This document shows positions 52,254-60,527 of a DNA stretch of 64,000 nt, piece by piece. Each line of letters opens with the position of its first letter. Within the stretch, counting starts at the first letter, position 1. A model generated the notes under the pieces. The model searched no databases and was not told the origin of the DNA. It saw only the letters and a program-made list of their open reading frames with translations. Made by a program: the position numbers and the translations under genes. This DNA comes from Candidatus Omnitrophota bacterium. GTDB taxonomy: Bacteria > Omnitrophota > Gorgyraeia > Aquiviventales > Aquiviventaceae. The DNA is taken from contig JAUYPJ010000080.1 in the NCBI GenBank assembly GCA_030697665.1, forward strand, positions 5,475 through 69,474, in the 5' to 3' direction.

Positions 52254-53677
52254 GCCGCATCCTGGTGGTTGATGATGAACGCAACGTCCTGACCTCCTTC
52301 CAGAAGCTCCTCGGTAAAGAGGGTCACGAAGTCGTCACGGCTCGCAGCGGCGAACAGGCCCTGTCGCTGCTCGGATCACAGGTGCCGGACCTCATCCTGA
52401 TGGATATCCGCATGGCAGGTCTCTCCGGCCTGGAAACCTTCCAGCGTGCCAAGGCTATCGTGCCGAAAGTCCCGGTCATCATGATGACCGCCTATGGCAC
52501 GACCGAAACGGCCATCGAAGCGATGAAGCTGGGAGCTTTTGAGTACACCCTGAAGCCGTTCGATATCCCGACGCTGAAGACACTCATTGAGAAAGCGCTG
52601 GCGATGGGACAGCTCATGCGCACGCCAGTGACCTATGGGGCCGCCGACACCGATACCCGTGTGCAGCGAATGGTCGGGAAATCCCCCAGGATGTATGAAG
52701 TCTATAAGCTTATTGGCCAGGTGGCGCCGTCCAATGTCACCGTGCTGATTCGGGGAGAAAGCGGCACGGGAAAAGAACTCGTGGCGCGAGCCGTCTACCA
52801 TCACAGCCAGCGGGCGGAGCAACCGTTCCTCGCCGTCAATTGCGCCGCCATCCCCGAAACGCTCTTGGAGAGTGAGCTCTTCGGCTACGAGAAAGGGGCC
52901 TTTACCGGGGCGATGGCCCGCAAGCCGGGCAAGTTCGAGCAGGCCAACGGCGGGACTATTTTTCTGGATGAAATCGGGGATATGAGCCCCTCAACGCAAG
53001 CGAAAGTGCTGCGGGTCCTTCAGGAAGGCGCCTGTGAGCGCCTCGGCGGTCAAGAGACCATTCGAGTGGATGTGCGGCTGTTGGCGGCCACCAACAAAAA
53101 TCTGGATGCGCTGATTCATGATGGCCGATTTCGGGAGGATCTCTACTACCGGCTCAACGTCGTGAGTGTCACGGTTCCTTCGCTGCGGGAACGCAAGGAA
53201 GACATCCCGTTGCTGGCCGAGTATTTCCTGAAGCGGTACAGCCGGGAATTCAAGAAAGACGGCATGCGGTGTTCCCCTGAGGCCATTGAGCACCTGAGTG
53301 CCTATGACTGGCCCGGGAATGTCCGTGAGCTTGAGAACTGCATCAAGCAAGCCGTTGTCCTTGGCAAAGGTGAGGTGCTGATGCCGGAGCACTTGCGCCT
53401 TGGACAGGGTTCGGCGGTTCAGGTGCGATCCTCGCCGGAGAGTCTGACTGTCCTACGCGAGCTGGCACGGCAGCATCTGGAACGTGCCCCAGGAAGCGCC
53501 TACCAGCAGCTCATCGAGCAGGTGGAGGCGCAACTCATCCTCGAAGCACTCAAGCAGAGCCAGGGAAATCTGGCGCAGGCCGCAAAGTTACTTGGGATCA
53601 CCCGGCCCACGCTCAGAGAGAAAATCTCCAAGTACCGTATCCAGCGCAGTGTCCAACTCAATCAGGAGGAGGGCTAG
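52250..53677 (+). CDS. sigma-54-dependent response regulator (NtrC family)
   Basis: Receiver domain, AAA+ [14 protein letters not shown] loop, and C-terminal Fis-type HTH. Confidence 0.9.
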   Translation: MSRILVVDDERNVLTSFQKLLGKEGHEVVTARSGEQALSLLGSQVPDLILMDIRMAGLSGLETFQRAKAIVPKVPVIMMTAYGTTETAIEAMKLGAFEYTLKPFDIPTLKTLIEKALAMGQLMRTPVTYGAADTDTRVQRMVGKSPRMYEVYKLIGQVAPSNVTVLIRGESGTGKELVARAVYHHSQRAEQPFLAVNCAAIPETLLESELFGYEKGAFTGAMARKPGKFEQANGGTIFLDEIGDMSPSTQAKVLRVLQEGACERLGGQETIRVDVRLLAATNKNLDALIHDGRFREDLYYRLNVVSVTVPSLRERKEDIPLLAEYFLKRYSREFKKDGMRCSPEAIEHLSAYDWPGNVRELENCIKQAVVLGKGEVLMPEHLRLGQGSAVQVRSSPESLTVLRELARQHLERAPGSAYQQLIEQVEAQLILEALKQSQGNLAQAAKLLGITRPTLREKISKYRIQRSVQLNQEEG

Positions 53678-53678
53678 A

Positions 53679-53759
53679 GGCACCCATAGGTTTGCCTCAC
53701 ATGTTTCGCATTTCACTGGATAAAGCAGAGCCATGGGGGCAAACCTAAGCATGGGTGCC
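53679..53759. repeat. long imperfect inverted repeat GGCACCCATAGGTTTGCC / GGCAAACCTAAGCATGGGTGCC
   Basis: Starts 2 nt after the regulator stop. About 41-nt loop, and no U tract follows. Confidence 0.7.
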
Positions 53760-53936
53760 CCCAGGTTCAGATTTGGCACCCTGCAGGCGCTAAATCTTTG
53801 GGGGCAAGACGTTTTCCTCAGCGGCAAGTCATTAACCAGTCAGAGATCGTGATCATCTAAGTACGTTATTTAGGTGCGTGTTTGTAACATGGCCTCGTAG
53901 CGAGAGTTACGAGGCAATTTATTTTTGTCAGGACGT

Positions 53937-53951
53937 TGGCACAGTTCCTGC
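53937..53951 (+). promoter_or_regulatory. candidate sigma-54 promoter TGGCAC-agttc-CTGC
   Basis: GG (53938-53939) and GC (53950-53951) are in the canonical -24/-12 register, 45 nt upstream of amidase ATG 53996. Confidence 0.55.
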
Positions 53952-53995
53952 GCCTTTATCTTGAGTAGAAGCATGCCATCCAGTCTGTCGGTGTC

Positions 53996-54715
53996 ATGAG
54001 GGGAATGCGATGGGGCGCGGTGGCCCTCACGTTGGTCGTTGCCGGCTGTGCCACACCGGGGGTCTATGCGCCGCCTCGCATGCCGCCTGCGCGCCTGCCT
54101 GGCAGGCCGGCAGGCTGGGATGTGGTCTTGGACCCGGGCCATGGCGGCCAGCAATTCGGCGCACGGGGCAGACGCGGCACCGCTGAGAAAACGGTCACGC
54201 TGGATATTGCGAAGCGATTGAAACGCCAATTGGAGCAGGCGGGTCTGCGCGTGATGCTGACACGAACGACAGACCAGACGGTCACGCTCGCCCAGCGAAG
54301 CGACCTCGGGAAACGCTCAGGGGCCTGGGCCTTCCTGAGCATTCATGCCAACGCGGCCAAGAACCGTGCCGCGTCCGGGTTTGAGGTGTACTACCTGCCC
54401 GCCTACGAGCGGTTCGGCCGCGGCGTCGCGTATGCCGGTGCTCCGCCAGCGACTGACCGGAGCTATCGGCTGGCGAGACTGATTCAGCAGGAGTTTCGAC
54501 GTGACTGGCCCCTCAGGGATCGTGGCATCAAGCAGGCGCGCTTTCATGTGCTGCGGCATACGCCCATCCCTGCGGTTCTCGTGGAGACCGGCTTTCTCAC
54601 CAACGCCAGGGACGAATCGCTGCTCAACGATCCCGCAATGCGTGAAGAGATTGCCAGGCGTCTTGCCAACGCTCTGCTCGTATTCCGGCGGCAGGGGGGT
54701 AGGGATCAACGATGA
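53996..54715 (+). CDS. N-acetylmuramoyl-L-alanine amidase (Amidase_3), lipoprotein
   Basis: Lipobox VVAGC. VVLDPGHGG and LSIHANA zinc-ligand motifs. Confidence 0.85.
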   Translation: MRGMRWGAVALTLVVAGCATPGVYAPPRMPPARLPGRPAGWDVVLDPGHGGQQFGARGRRGTAEKTVTLDIAKRLKRQLEQAGLRVMLTRTTDQTVTLAQRSDLGKRSGAWAFLSIHANAAKNRAASGFEVYYLPAYERFGRGVAYAGAPPATDRSYRLARLIQQEFRRDWPLRDRGIKQARFHVLRHTPIPAVLVETGFLTNARDESLLNDPAMREEIARRLANALLVFRRQGGRDQR

Positions 54716-55452
54716 AACGGCTGCTGATCATTCTGGGAATCGGAGCCACCGTGCTATGGCTTGTGGGGCCGCTTCACGAAGGCATCGGGGAATTCTTTCA
54801 ACGTGCCATGAGCGCATCGCCAGAGAGACAGACATCGAAGTCCGCATTCCCTCCGCCGTTGGCCGATGTCCAGCTTGCCTTGCAGGAAGCGGGGTTTCAT
54901 CCAGGGCCGATTGATGGCCGGATGGGTCGCCGGACACGGAATGCGCTTAACGCGTTTCAGTCCGCCAATAATCTCAAGCCGACGGGCGAGGTCAATGCCC
55001 AGACATGGGAAGCCTTGCAGACCCGCAGCCGCACCCGCGTCATGCCGGAAGCCCAAGCGACCCAACGTCTCGCTTCTTCCGCCATGCCTGGGATCGCTCC
55101 ACCTCCGGGACGAACATCCGCTGCCCCTGAAATCCCTGAAGCGACTGAGGCGGATGAGACTTCTCCTTCAGCGGGTCAGAAGGATGAAGTGCGCGCAGTC
55201 ATCATGGAGTACCGCCTGCGCTCCCCGGATCGCATCAAGAAAGTCCAGCTCGCCCTTAAAGAAGCTGGCTTCGATCCTGGGCCCATTGACGGAGAACCGG
55301 GCCCGCGGACGGACCAGGCGCTGCTGGCGTTTCAAAAAGCCCAGGGGTTGGAACCGGACGGAATTGTCGGCGTGAAGACGTGGACGGCGTTGAGCGAGTA
55401 CCTGGAGCCGGGAAGCCTGCGTTTTCAGGAGCGGGTGGCACTTCAGGATTAG
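54712..55452 (+). CDS. protein with two peptidoglycan-binding (PG_binding_1) domains
   Basis: LQEAGFHPGPIDGRMGRRTRNAL and LKEAGFDPGPIDGEPGPRTDQAL repeats. Confidence 0.8.
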   Translation: MKRLLIILGIGATVLWLVGPLHEGIGEFFQRAMSASPERQTSKSAFPPPLADVQLALQEAGFHPGPIDGRMGRRTRNALNAFQSANNLKPTGEVNAQTWEALQTRSRTRVMPEAQATQRLASSAMPGIAPPPGRTSAAPEIPEATEADETSPSAGQKDEVRAVIMEYRLRSPDRIKKVQLALKEAGFDPGPIDGEPGPRTDQALLAFQKAQGLEPDGIVGVKTWTALSEYLEPGSLRFQERVALQD

Positions 55453-55468
55453 CGAAGAGGGGGGAGCG

Positions 55469-55870
55469 ATGCGTCAGCATTTGGTTGTTGCGATGGGGCT
55501 GGCTATTGCCAGCATCTTCGTGATCGGTTCACTGGCATCGGCGATGGGAAAGAAACCGCCCACAGCATCATTTGCCAGCGGCAAAGTGACCATTGTGAAC
55601 GTCAAGGACAGCAAACGCCCATCGGTGACAGTGAAGCCCACACAAGGCCAGGCGGTGACCCTCCAGATTGACCCGAAGAAAACGCTCATTATGAAGAACG
55701 ACAAGGTGATCCCCGCGTCAAACATCCGCCTGGGCGATCTCCTCCGAGCCGACTACGAAGTCAGGCGGGGCAACAACGTTGCGAAGCGCATGTTCGTTGA
55801 GACGCCCAAGGCCGTGCAGCCAGCAGCAAAGCCGTCGGCAATCCAGACCAAGAAGAAAGCAAGGCGGTAA
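55469..55870 (+). CDS. secreted hypothetical protein
   Basis: Signal peptide and a Lys-rich C-terminus. Confidence 0.55.
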   Translation: MRQHLVVAMGLAIASIFVIGSLASAMGKKPPTASFASGKVTIVNVKDSKRPSVTVKPTQGQAVTLQIDPKKTLIMKNDKVIPASNIRLGDLLRADYEVRRGNNVAKRMFVETPKAVQPAAKPSAIQTKKKARR

Positions 55871-55937
55871 CACGTCGAAAGAATGTCAGTCGCGCAGACG
55901 GCTACGGACGGATGAGCCGCAAAGGAGGTGAGAAGGC

Positions 55938-56384
55938 ATGCACGGATGGTACATGGGTTTGCTGGGTCTGATAGCGGTCACCCTGACGGGATGCGCCGGC
56001 CATCGGGCAGCGCAGACGCAGAATCTGAATATGCAGGTGGCCCGGCTTGATGGCCGGGTCAGCATGTTGGAGAACCACCTGGGACTCATCGAAGGCAAGG
56101 CCTGGAACCAGCGGGAGGATGTCTCCTACCTTCGGGGTCGGGTTGAGGGGATGCAGGGAGGGTTTAGCCAGTCAGCACGAGCCGCTGCCGTCAAATCCAC
56201 CCCAAGGCGGATCCAGACGGCGCTGAAGAACGCCGGCTACTACACGGGGAGCGTCGATGGCAAGGTTGGTTCACAGACCAAGCAGGCCATCAAGGAGTTC
56301 CAGCGCACACACGGACTCTCAGCCGATGGCAAGGTTGGGCAGAACACGTGGACCCAACTTGCGCAGTATCTGCCGGCGGAGTAG
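55938..56384 (+). CDS. lipoprotein with coiled segment and PG_binding_1 domain
   Basis: Lipobox LTGC. LKNAGYYTGSVDGKVGSQTKQAIKEFQ. Confidence 0.75.
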   Translation: MHGWYMGLLGLIAVTLTGCAGHRAAQTQNLNMQVARLDGRVSMLENHLGLIEGKAWNQREDVSYLRGRVEGMQGGFSQSARAAAVKSTPRRIQTALKNAGYYTGSVDGKVGSQTKQAIKEFQRTHGLSADGKVGQNTWTQLAQYLPAE

Positions 56385-56415
56385 GCATGAGGGCCCTGAT
56401 CGTTGAGGGAGGACG

Positions 56416-56871
56416 ATGCGGAGAAGCGAAAGGGAGGTCGCGATGTCTCGAGTGACGGTGGTCGTTCTGGCAGCTGTCGTCTGGTGTGCTGTGCCAATGG
56501 CAGCGTTTGCGAAAGATCAGCAGGTGCAGCCAAGGAAAAAGGCAACTCAGGCTTCTACGTATCAACCAAGGACCGCCGGGACTGTCAGAGGGTCAGGGAG
56601 CCCGTGGACGAGAGAACGCGGGTGGGCCAACCGAGCTAGTGGGAAACTCCTCTTCGGGTTGAAAAATGTGCTGCTTGGCTGGACAGAGCCGTTCACCCGG
56701 TCTTATGAAGCGGGCAAACGGAACCGGAGAATTGTGCCGGGCGCGTTAGGATTCCTCGAAGGGGTGGGGTACGGGGTGATCGATACGATTGGCGGCGCCC
56801 AGCACGTGCTGACGTTTCCGGTGACCCGGCTTGACATTCCGCTGCCTGAGGGAGGGGTTAAGCTGCTGTAG
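56416..56871 (+). CDS. secreted hypothetical protein (possibly TIGR04073-like)
   Basis: Signal peptide. The KLLFGLKNVLLGWTEPF motif resembles that family from memory only. Confidence 0.45.
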   Translation: MRRSEREVAMSRVTVVVLAAVVWCAVPMAAFAKDQQVQPRKKATQASTYQPRTAGTVRGSGSPWTRERGWANRASGKLLFGLKNVLLGWTEPFTRSYEAGKRNRRIVPGALGFLEGVGYGVIDTIGGAQHVLTFPVTRLDIPLPEGGVKLL

Positions 56872-56896
56872 ACCGGGGGTGTCAGGGAGGTGGTCA

Positions 56897-57370
56897 ATGC
56901 GGGTCGGTAGTCTGCTGACATTGGCAATGGGGTTGGTCCTCATCAGCGGATGCGCGGGTCCGCGCTATGCCCGGGAGATTACCCGGCTTCAAGCTGATGT
57001 CGGGCTCCTTGACCAGCGGGTGAACCAACTGGAGCGGGCCAGCCTCCACACACCTCAATCACGCTGGCCAAGTGAGTCGTGGAGGCAGCCGTTAACTCCA
57101 GCAGCCAGGATACCGGCCAGACCTGCAGCGGCACCAGTCCAACCCTCGACGAGGGACATCCAGGGAGCCCTCAAGAATGCCGGGTTCGACCCAGGGCCGA
57201 TTGATGGCAAGCTCGGGTCTCGGACCCGCCAGGCTATCCGGGAGTTCCAGGGCGTCAACGGCCTGCAAGTGGATGGGGTTGTCGGCAAGGGGACATGGGC
57301 AAAGCTCGCCCCATTTCTCGACCTGGAAGCGTCCGATGACAAAGCGTGGGCTGCCAGACCGGCCAAGTAG
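56897..57370 (+). CDS. lipoprotein with coiled segment and PG_binding_1 domain
   Basis: Lipobox LISGC. LKNAGFDPGPIDGKLGSRTRQAIREFQ. Confidence 0.75.
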   Translation: MRVGSLLTLAMGLVLISGCAGPRYAREITRLQADVGLLDQRVNQLERASLHTPQSRWPSESWRQPLTPAARIPARPAAAPVQPSTRDIQGALKNAGFDPGPIDGKLGSRTRQAIREFQGVNGLQVDGVVGKGTWAKLAPFLDLEASDDKAWAARPAK

Positions 57371-57431
57371 TCATCCTTGATCCAACGCATCATTTCCCGT
57401 AGAATGAGCGGCACAATTCAGTGCGCCACCT

Positions 57432-57510
57432 AAGGGTCTGGGCATTGTGCCCGGAGGATACTTTCTAGTGGTCGGGCCGCCACCTAGCGTTTGCTGGATG
57501 GCGGCTTTTT
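57432..57510 (+). promoter_or_regulatory. structured-RNA-like element, copy 1 (AAGGGTCT - stem-loop - GGAGGA - GTGGTCGGGCCGCCA - terminator hairpin + T5)
   Basis: Shares four conserved blocks with 60416-60505, while the first stem differs in sequence but stays paired. Confidence 0.4.
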
Positions 57511-57541
57511 ATTGTGCAGTTCCCGTCACGGAGCTATCGCA

Positions 57542-57667
57542 ATGGATGACCCGGCGAATTGGGTAGTGCTTGTCCTTGTAGGCGGTGTCCTATCTTTCTT
57601 CGCCTACGTCGTCATCAAGAGCCGCCAGGAAGATCGGAAGGAGAAGAAAGAAGGCCATGATCGGTGA
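57542..57667 (+). CDS. hypothetical 41-aa single-TM peptide
   Basis: MDDPANWVVLVLVGGVLSFFAYVVIKSRQEDRKEKKEGHDR, translated by hand. Below the track length cut-off. Confidence 0.3.
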   Translation: MDDPANWVVLVLVGGVLSFFAYVVIKSRQEDRKEKKEGHDR

Positions 57668-57790
57668 CCTCCATCCTGTTCGACGAGGCTGATATTAATA
57701 CTTGCGATTGTTTGACAAAATATAACCATTGACGTATACTTGAACGTAAAACGAGCGTATTAACAGGCAAAAGTACGATATAAACTAATT

Positions 57791-58624
57791 ATGGCAATAG
57801 AGCATCTTATACATACGACCGTTGGGGTCGAGTTGGTCAGGAAGCTGTCCTCGGACGGGGTGCGTATCTTCACCGCTGAGGAGGCCCGCAGATTGGCTCC
57901 TTCCGTCGGTCTTTCGTCGAGCTACTTTCGCCAAGCCATGTACCACCTCGTCCGATCCGGCTGGATCGCCCGGTTGAAGAAGGGGCTCTACGCGCTCTCG
58001 GGCGCGGTGCCGGGGACCACCTCACTCCACGAGTTCGAGATCGCGATGGCGCTGGTCCAGCCGGCAGCCGTCAGCCATTGGTCCGCCCTGAGCCACCACG
58101 GACTGACGGACCAGGTGCCGCGCCGCGTCTTCGTGCTCACCACCGCGCGCTCGGTACCTCGCCGGCGTGGTGTGAAGCCTAAGGGGGTTGAGACCGGTTA
58201 TCGGGTGGGTGAGACCGTCTATCAATTCGTTCAAGTCAAGCCCGAGCGATTCTTCGGCGTCGAGGACGTCTGGGTCAACGAATCCCGCATCAAGATCACG
58301 GATCAGGAGCGCACGCTGCTCGACGGCTTGATGGCCCCACAGCACTGCGGCGATTTCGCGGAGGTACTCCATGCCTTCGAGGTTCGTGCTCCCAAGCTCG
58401 ACGTAGAGCGGATCATCGGCTACGCCCTCAAGTTGGATGCGGCGACGGCCAAGCGGCTGGGGTGGATTTTGGAGCGGCAGGGGATGGCGCCTGAGCGGCT
58501 GGCGGCACTGCGGCAGTTGCCCATCAAGGGCTATCGCGTACTTGATCCAACCGGTCCGCGCCACGGACCCCACGAAGCCCGCTGGATGATCCAGGTGAAT
58601 CTTCCAGGCACTGAACAGCCATGA
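57791..58624 (+). CDS. AbiEi-type (type IV TA) antitoxin/transcriptional regulator
   Basis: N-terminal wHTH pattern IFTAEEARRLAPSVGLSSSYFRQAMYHLVRSGWIARLKKGLYAL. The stop overlaps the downstream ATG. Confidence 0.8.
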   Translation: MAIEHLIHTTVGVELVRKLSSDGVRIFTAEEARRLAPSVGLSSSYFRQAMYHLVRSGWIARLKKGLYALSGAVPGTTSLHEFEIAMALVQPAAVSHWSALSHHGLTDQVPRRVFVLTTARSVPRRRGVKPKGVETGYRVGETVYQFVQVKPERFFGVEDVWVNESRIKITDQERTLLDGLMAPQHCGDFAEVLHAFEVRAPKLDVERIIGYALKLDAATAKRLGWILERQGMAPERLAALRQLPIKGYRVLDPTGPRHGPHEARWMIQVNLPGTEQP

Positions 58625-59015
58625 AGCCGCTGCGCACGCGCCTGCAGGAGGCCCGCACACGGCTCGGGCTGCCCTGGGATGTGCTTGAGCGAGACTATCT
58701 GCTCTCGCGCTGGAACGGCGGGGGTGGGTGCGCTCGCGCGCGCGGGACTACTACGACCTGTGGCGGATCCTCGACGCCCATCGGGACCACCTCGACCTCA
58801 TGGACTTTTCCGCCTTCCTGCGCGAGAAGTGCGCGATTCGGGAGGTGACGTTCTCGGGTCCCGACAGCTTCTTTTCCGACGCCATGCTGACGCTCGTGGA
58901 GAAGACATGGACGCAATGGCTCGGGCCGGTGGTGCCAAAGCTCCCACTCTACACGACGGTGATCGAGGTGCTCCGTCCGCAGGTTGCCGCGCTGCTTGTT
59001 TCCAGTGCCGTCTGA
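58621..59015 (+). pseudogene. AbiEii/DUF1814 nucleotidyltransferase toxin, internally deleted and frameshifted
   Basis: The N-terminal 30 aa (LPWDVLERDYLLS) and the C-terminal about 95 aa (RARDYYDLWRIL...) lie in different frames, joined near 58705-58730. The catalytic middle is absent. Confidence 0.7.
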
Positions 59016-59038
59016 CATGCCGGAATTAGTCTTTCTAT

Positions 59039-60353
59039 CACAAGTGTCCGGTTATAACTCGAACAAAGTCAATTGGTTATCGGAGTCGCCAGCTTCATGT
59101 GGCAGGCCGATCATGGTAAGTGCTTCATGCACATCGAGTTTCTCGAACAGGGTCACGCTGAGAATTTGCAGAATTTCGCCGAGACTGCGGGTGAGCTTCA
59201 ACTCCTTCTTGAGGATCGCCACGAGCACAGAGACGCTGATGGCAATCCAGATTTGGGTCTTCACGGCGTTCTCCGAGGTCCCGTAGAAGGTGTTGATCCG
59301 CAGATAGTGCTTGATCCATTTGAAGAACAGCTCGACACGCCAGCGGCACTTGTAGAGTTGCGCGATGGTCAAGGCCGGGAGCGTGAAGTTGTTCGTCAGG
59401 AAGACGAACCGTTTGTCGGTCTGGGCATCGAAGTAGCTGATGCGTCGCAGAGGCGTTGGATACACGGTGGAGGTCTTGCGGCCTTCGAGGCGGATCGTCT
59501 GGTCGCTGCGCAGACCGGTCGCCTTGTCGACCGGACGGTAGGTCCCTCGGCTGTAGTCGAGGTTGCGTTTGGCGCGCACCACGAAGGAGGCCAGGTGTTG
59601 CGTGAAGGTGTACAGCTGGCGGTAGTCGATGTAGCCCCGATCCATCACATAGCAGGCGCCTGGCTCGAGGAGCAGTTCCGGCAGGAGGCGGACGTCCGGT
59701 GTTTTCCCGTCGGTGATCCGGATGAAACACGGGATGTTCCCGCGCAGATCCAGCAGCGTGTGCAGCTTGACCGCGGCCTTGTGCTTCCGAAAGCGTGCCC
59801 AGGGAAAGAGCGAGAGACACAAATCGATCGTCGTCGAATCGAAGGCGTAGGCCGTCTGCTCCAAGACGACCCCGAAGTCCTCGTTGGCATACAGCTTCCT
59901 GGCGGTGCCGATGAGCACGTGGGCGAAGTCGGCATAGATGCGCCAGTCGCGGTGCTCGTTCGCGTCGGCCAGCGTGCTCCGAGAGACGTTCCCACGGATG
60001 CCGACATGGTAGAGCTTGGGCTGCAGGGCTCTCAGGCAGGTCTCGATGTCCCGCAGACTCTCGCGATAGGTGAGTTGGGCAAACGCCATGCACAAGAACT
60101 GATCCATACAGGAGAAGGTCATCTTGTAATGCCCGCGATAGCGACTGACGCACGTACGGAAGTCGTGCAGCGGGAGGAAGTCCATCACTTGGGCAAAGAC
60201 GGTGCGTCCCGTGTTCATCGGCCATTCCCTCCGGCGTTCTGGAATGGCCAAAGTCTACAATCAATTTCAAATCGATCACAGGCATTATCGGCTATAACTC
60301 ATTGGACTAGACTCTGTTGTGAAAACGTTCAGACCTAACAACCGGACAGCAGT
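59039..60353 (-). mobile_element. IS4-family insertion sequence with 10-bp target duplication
   Basis: GTCTTTCTAT at 59029-59038 and 60354-60363. Terminal inverted repeats contain TGTCCGGTT. Boundaries are good to about 1 nt. Confidence 0.8.
59052..60218 (-). CDS. IS4-family DDE transposase (DUF4372 N-terminus)
   Basis: MNTGRTVFAQVMDFLP start and the YKCRWRVELFFKWIKH Y-x2-R-x3-E-x6-K signature. Confidence 0.85.
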   Translation of the reverse strand: MNTGRTVFAQVMDFLPLHDFRTCVSRYRGHYKMTFSCMDQFLCMAFAQLTYRESLRDIETCLRALQPKLYHVGIRGNVSRSTLADANEHRDWRIYADFAHVLIGTARKLYANEDFGVVLEQTAYAFDSTTIDLCLSLFPWARFRKHKAAVKLHTLLDLRGNIPCFIRITDGKTPDVRLLPELLLEPGACYVMDRGYIDYRQLYTFTQHLASFVVRAKRNLDYSRGTYRPVDKATGLRSDQTIRLEGRKTSTVYPTPLRRISYFDAQTDKRFVFLTNNFTLPALTIAQLYKCRWRVELFFKWIKHYLRINTFYGTSENAVKTQIWIAISVSVLVAILKKELKLTRSLGEILQILSVTLFEKLDVHEALTMIGLPHEAGDSDNQLTLFEL

Positions 60354-60415
60354 GTCTTTCTATAGGAAATACCTCTTGATTTTTTTGTGCACACCAGTAG
60401 ACTGAAAGCACTATC

Positions 60416-60505
60416 AAGGGTCTAAGAAGGATGGCGCGTGCCCCTTCTTAGAGGACGTTCGGTGGTCGGGCCGCCATCCGAGTGACATCACGGATGGCGG
60501 CGTTT
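60416..60505 (+). promoter_or_regulatory. structured-RNA-like element, copy 2, ending in perfect 10-bp hairpin GCCGCCATCC/GGATGGCGGC
   Basis: Same block order as 57432-57510. Lies 23 nt upstream of the MscS start codon. Confidence 0.4.
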
Positions 60506-60527
60506 CATTAAGGAATCGGCCAGGTCC

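Noticed and set aside
53774-53788. A second sigma-54 promoter, TGGCAC-cctgc-AGGC
   Set aside because: The -12 element is poor (AGGC instead of TTGC/CTGC) and no obvious downstream gene exists. It is kept only as a note under the regulatory-gap finding.
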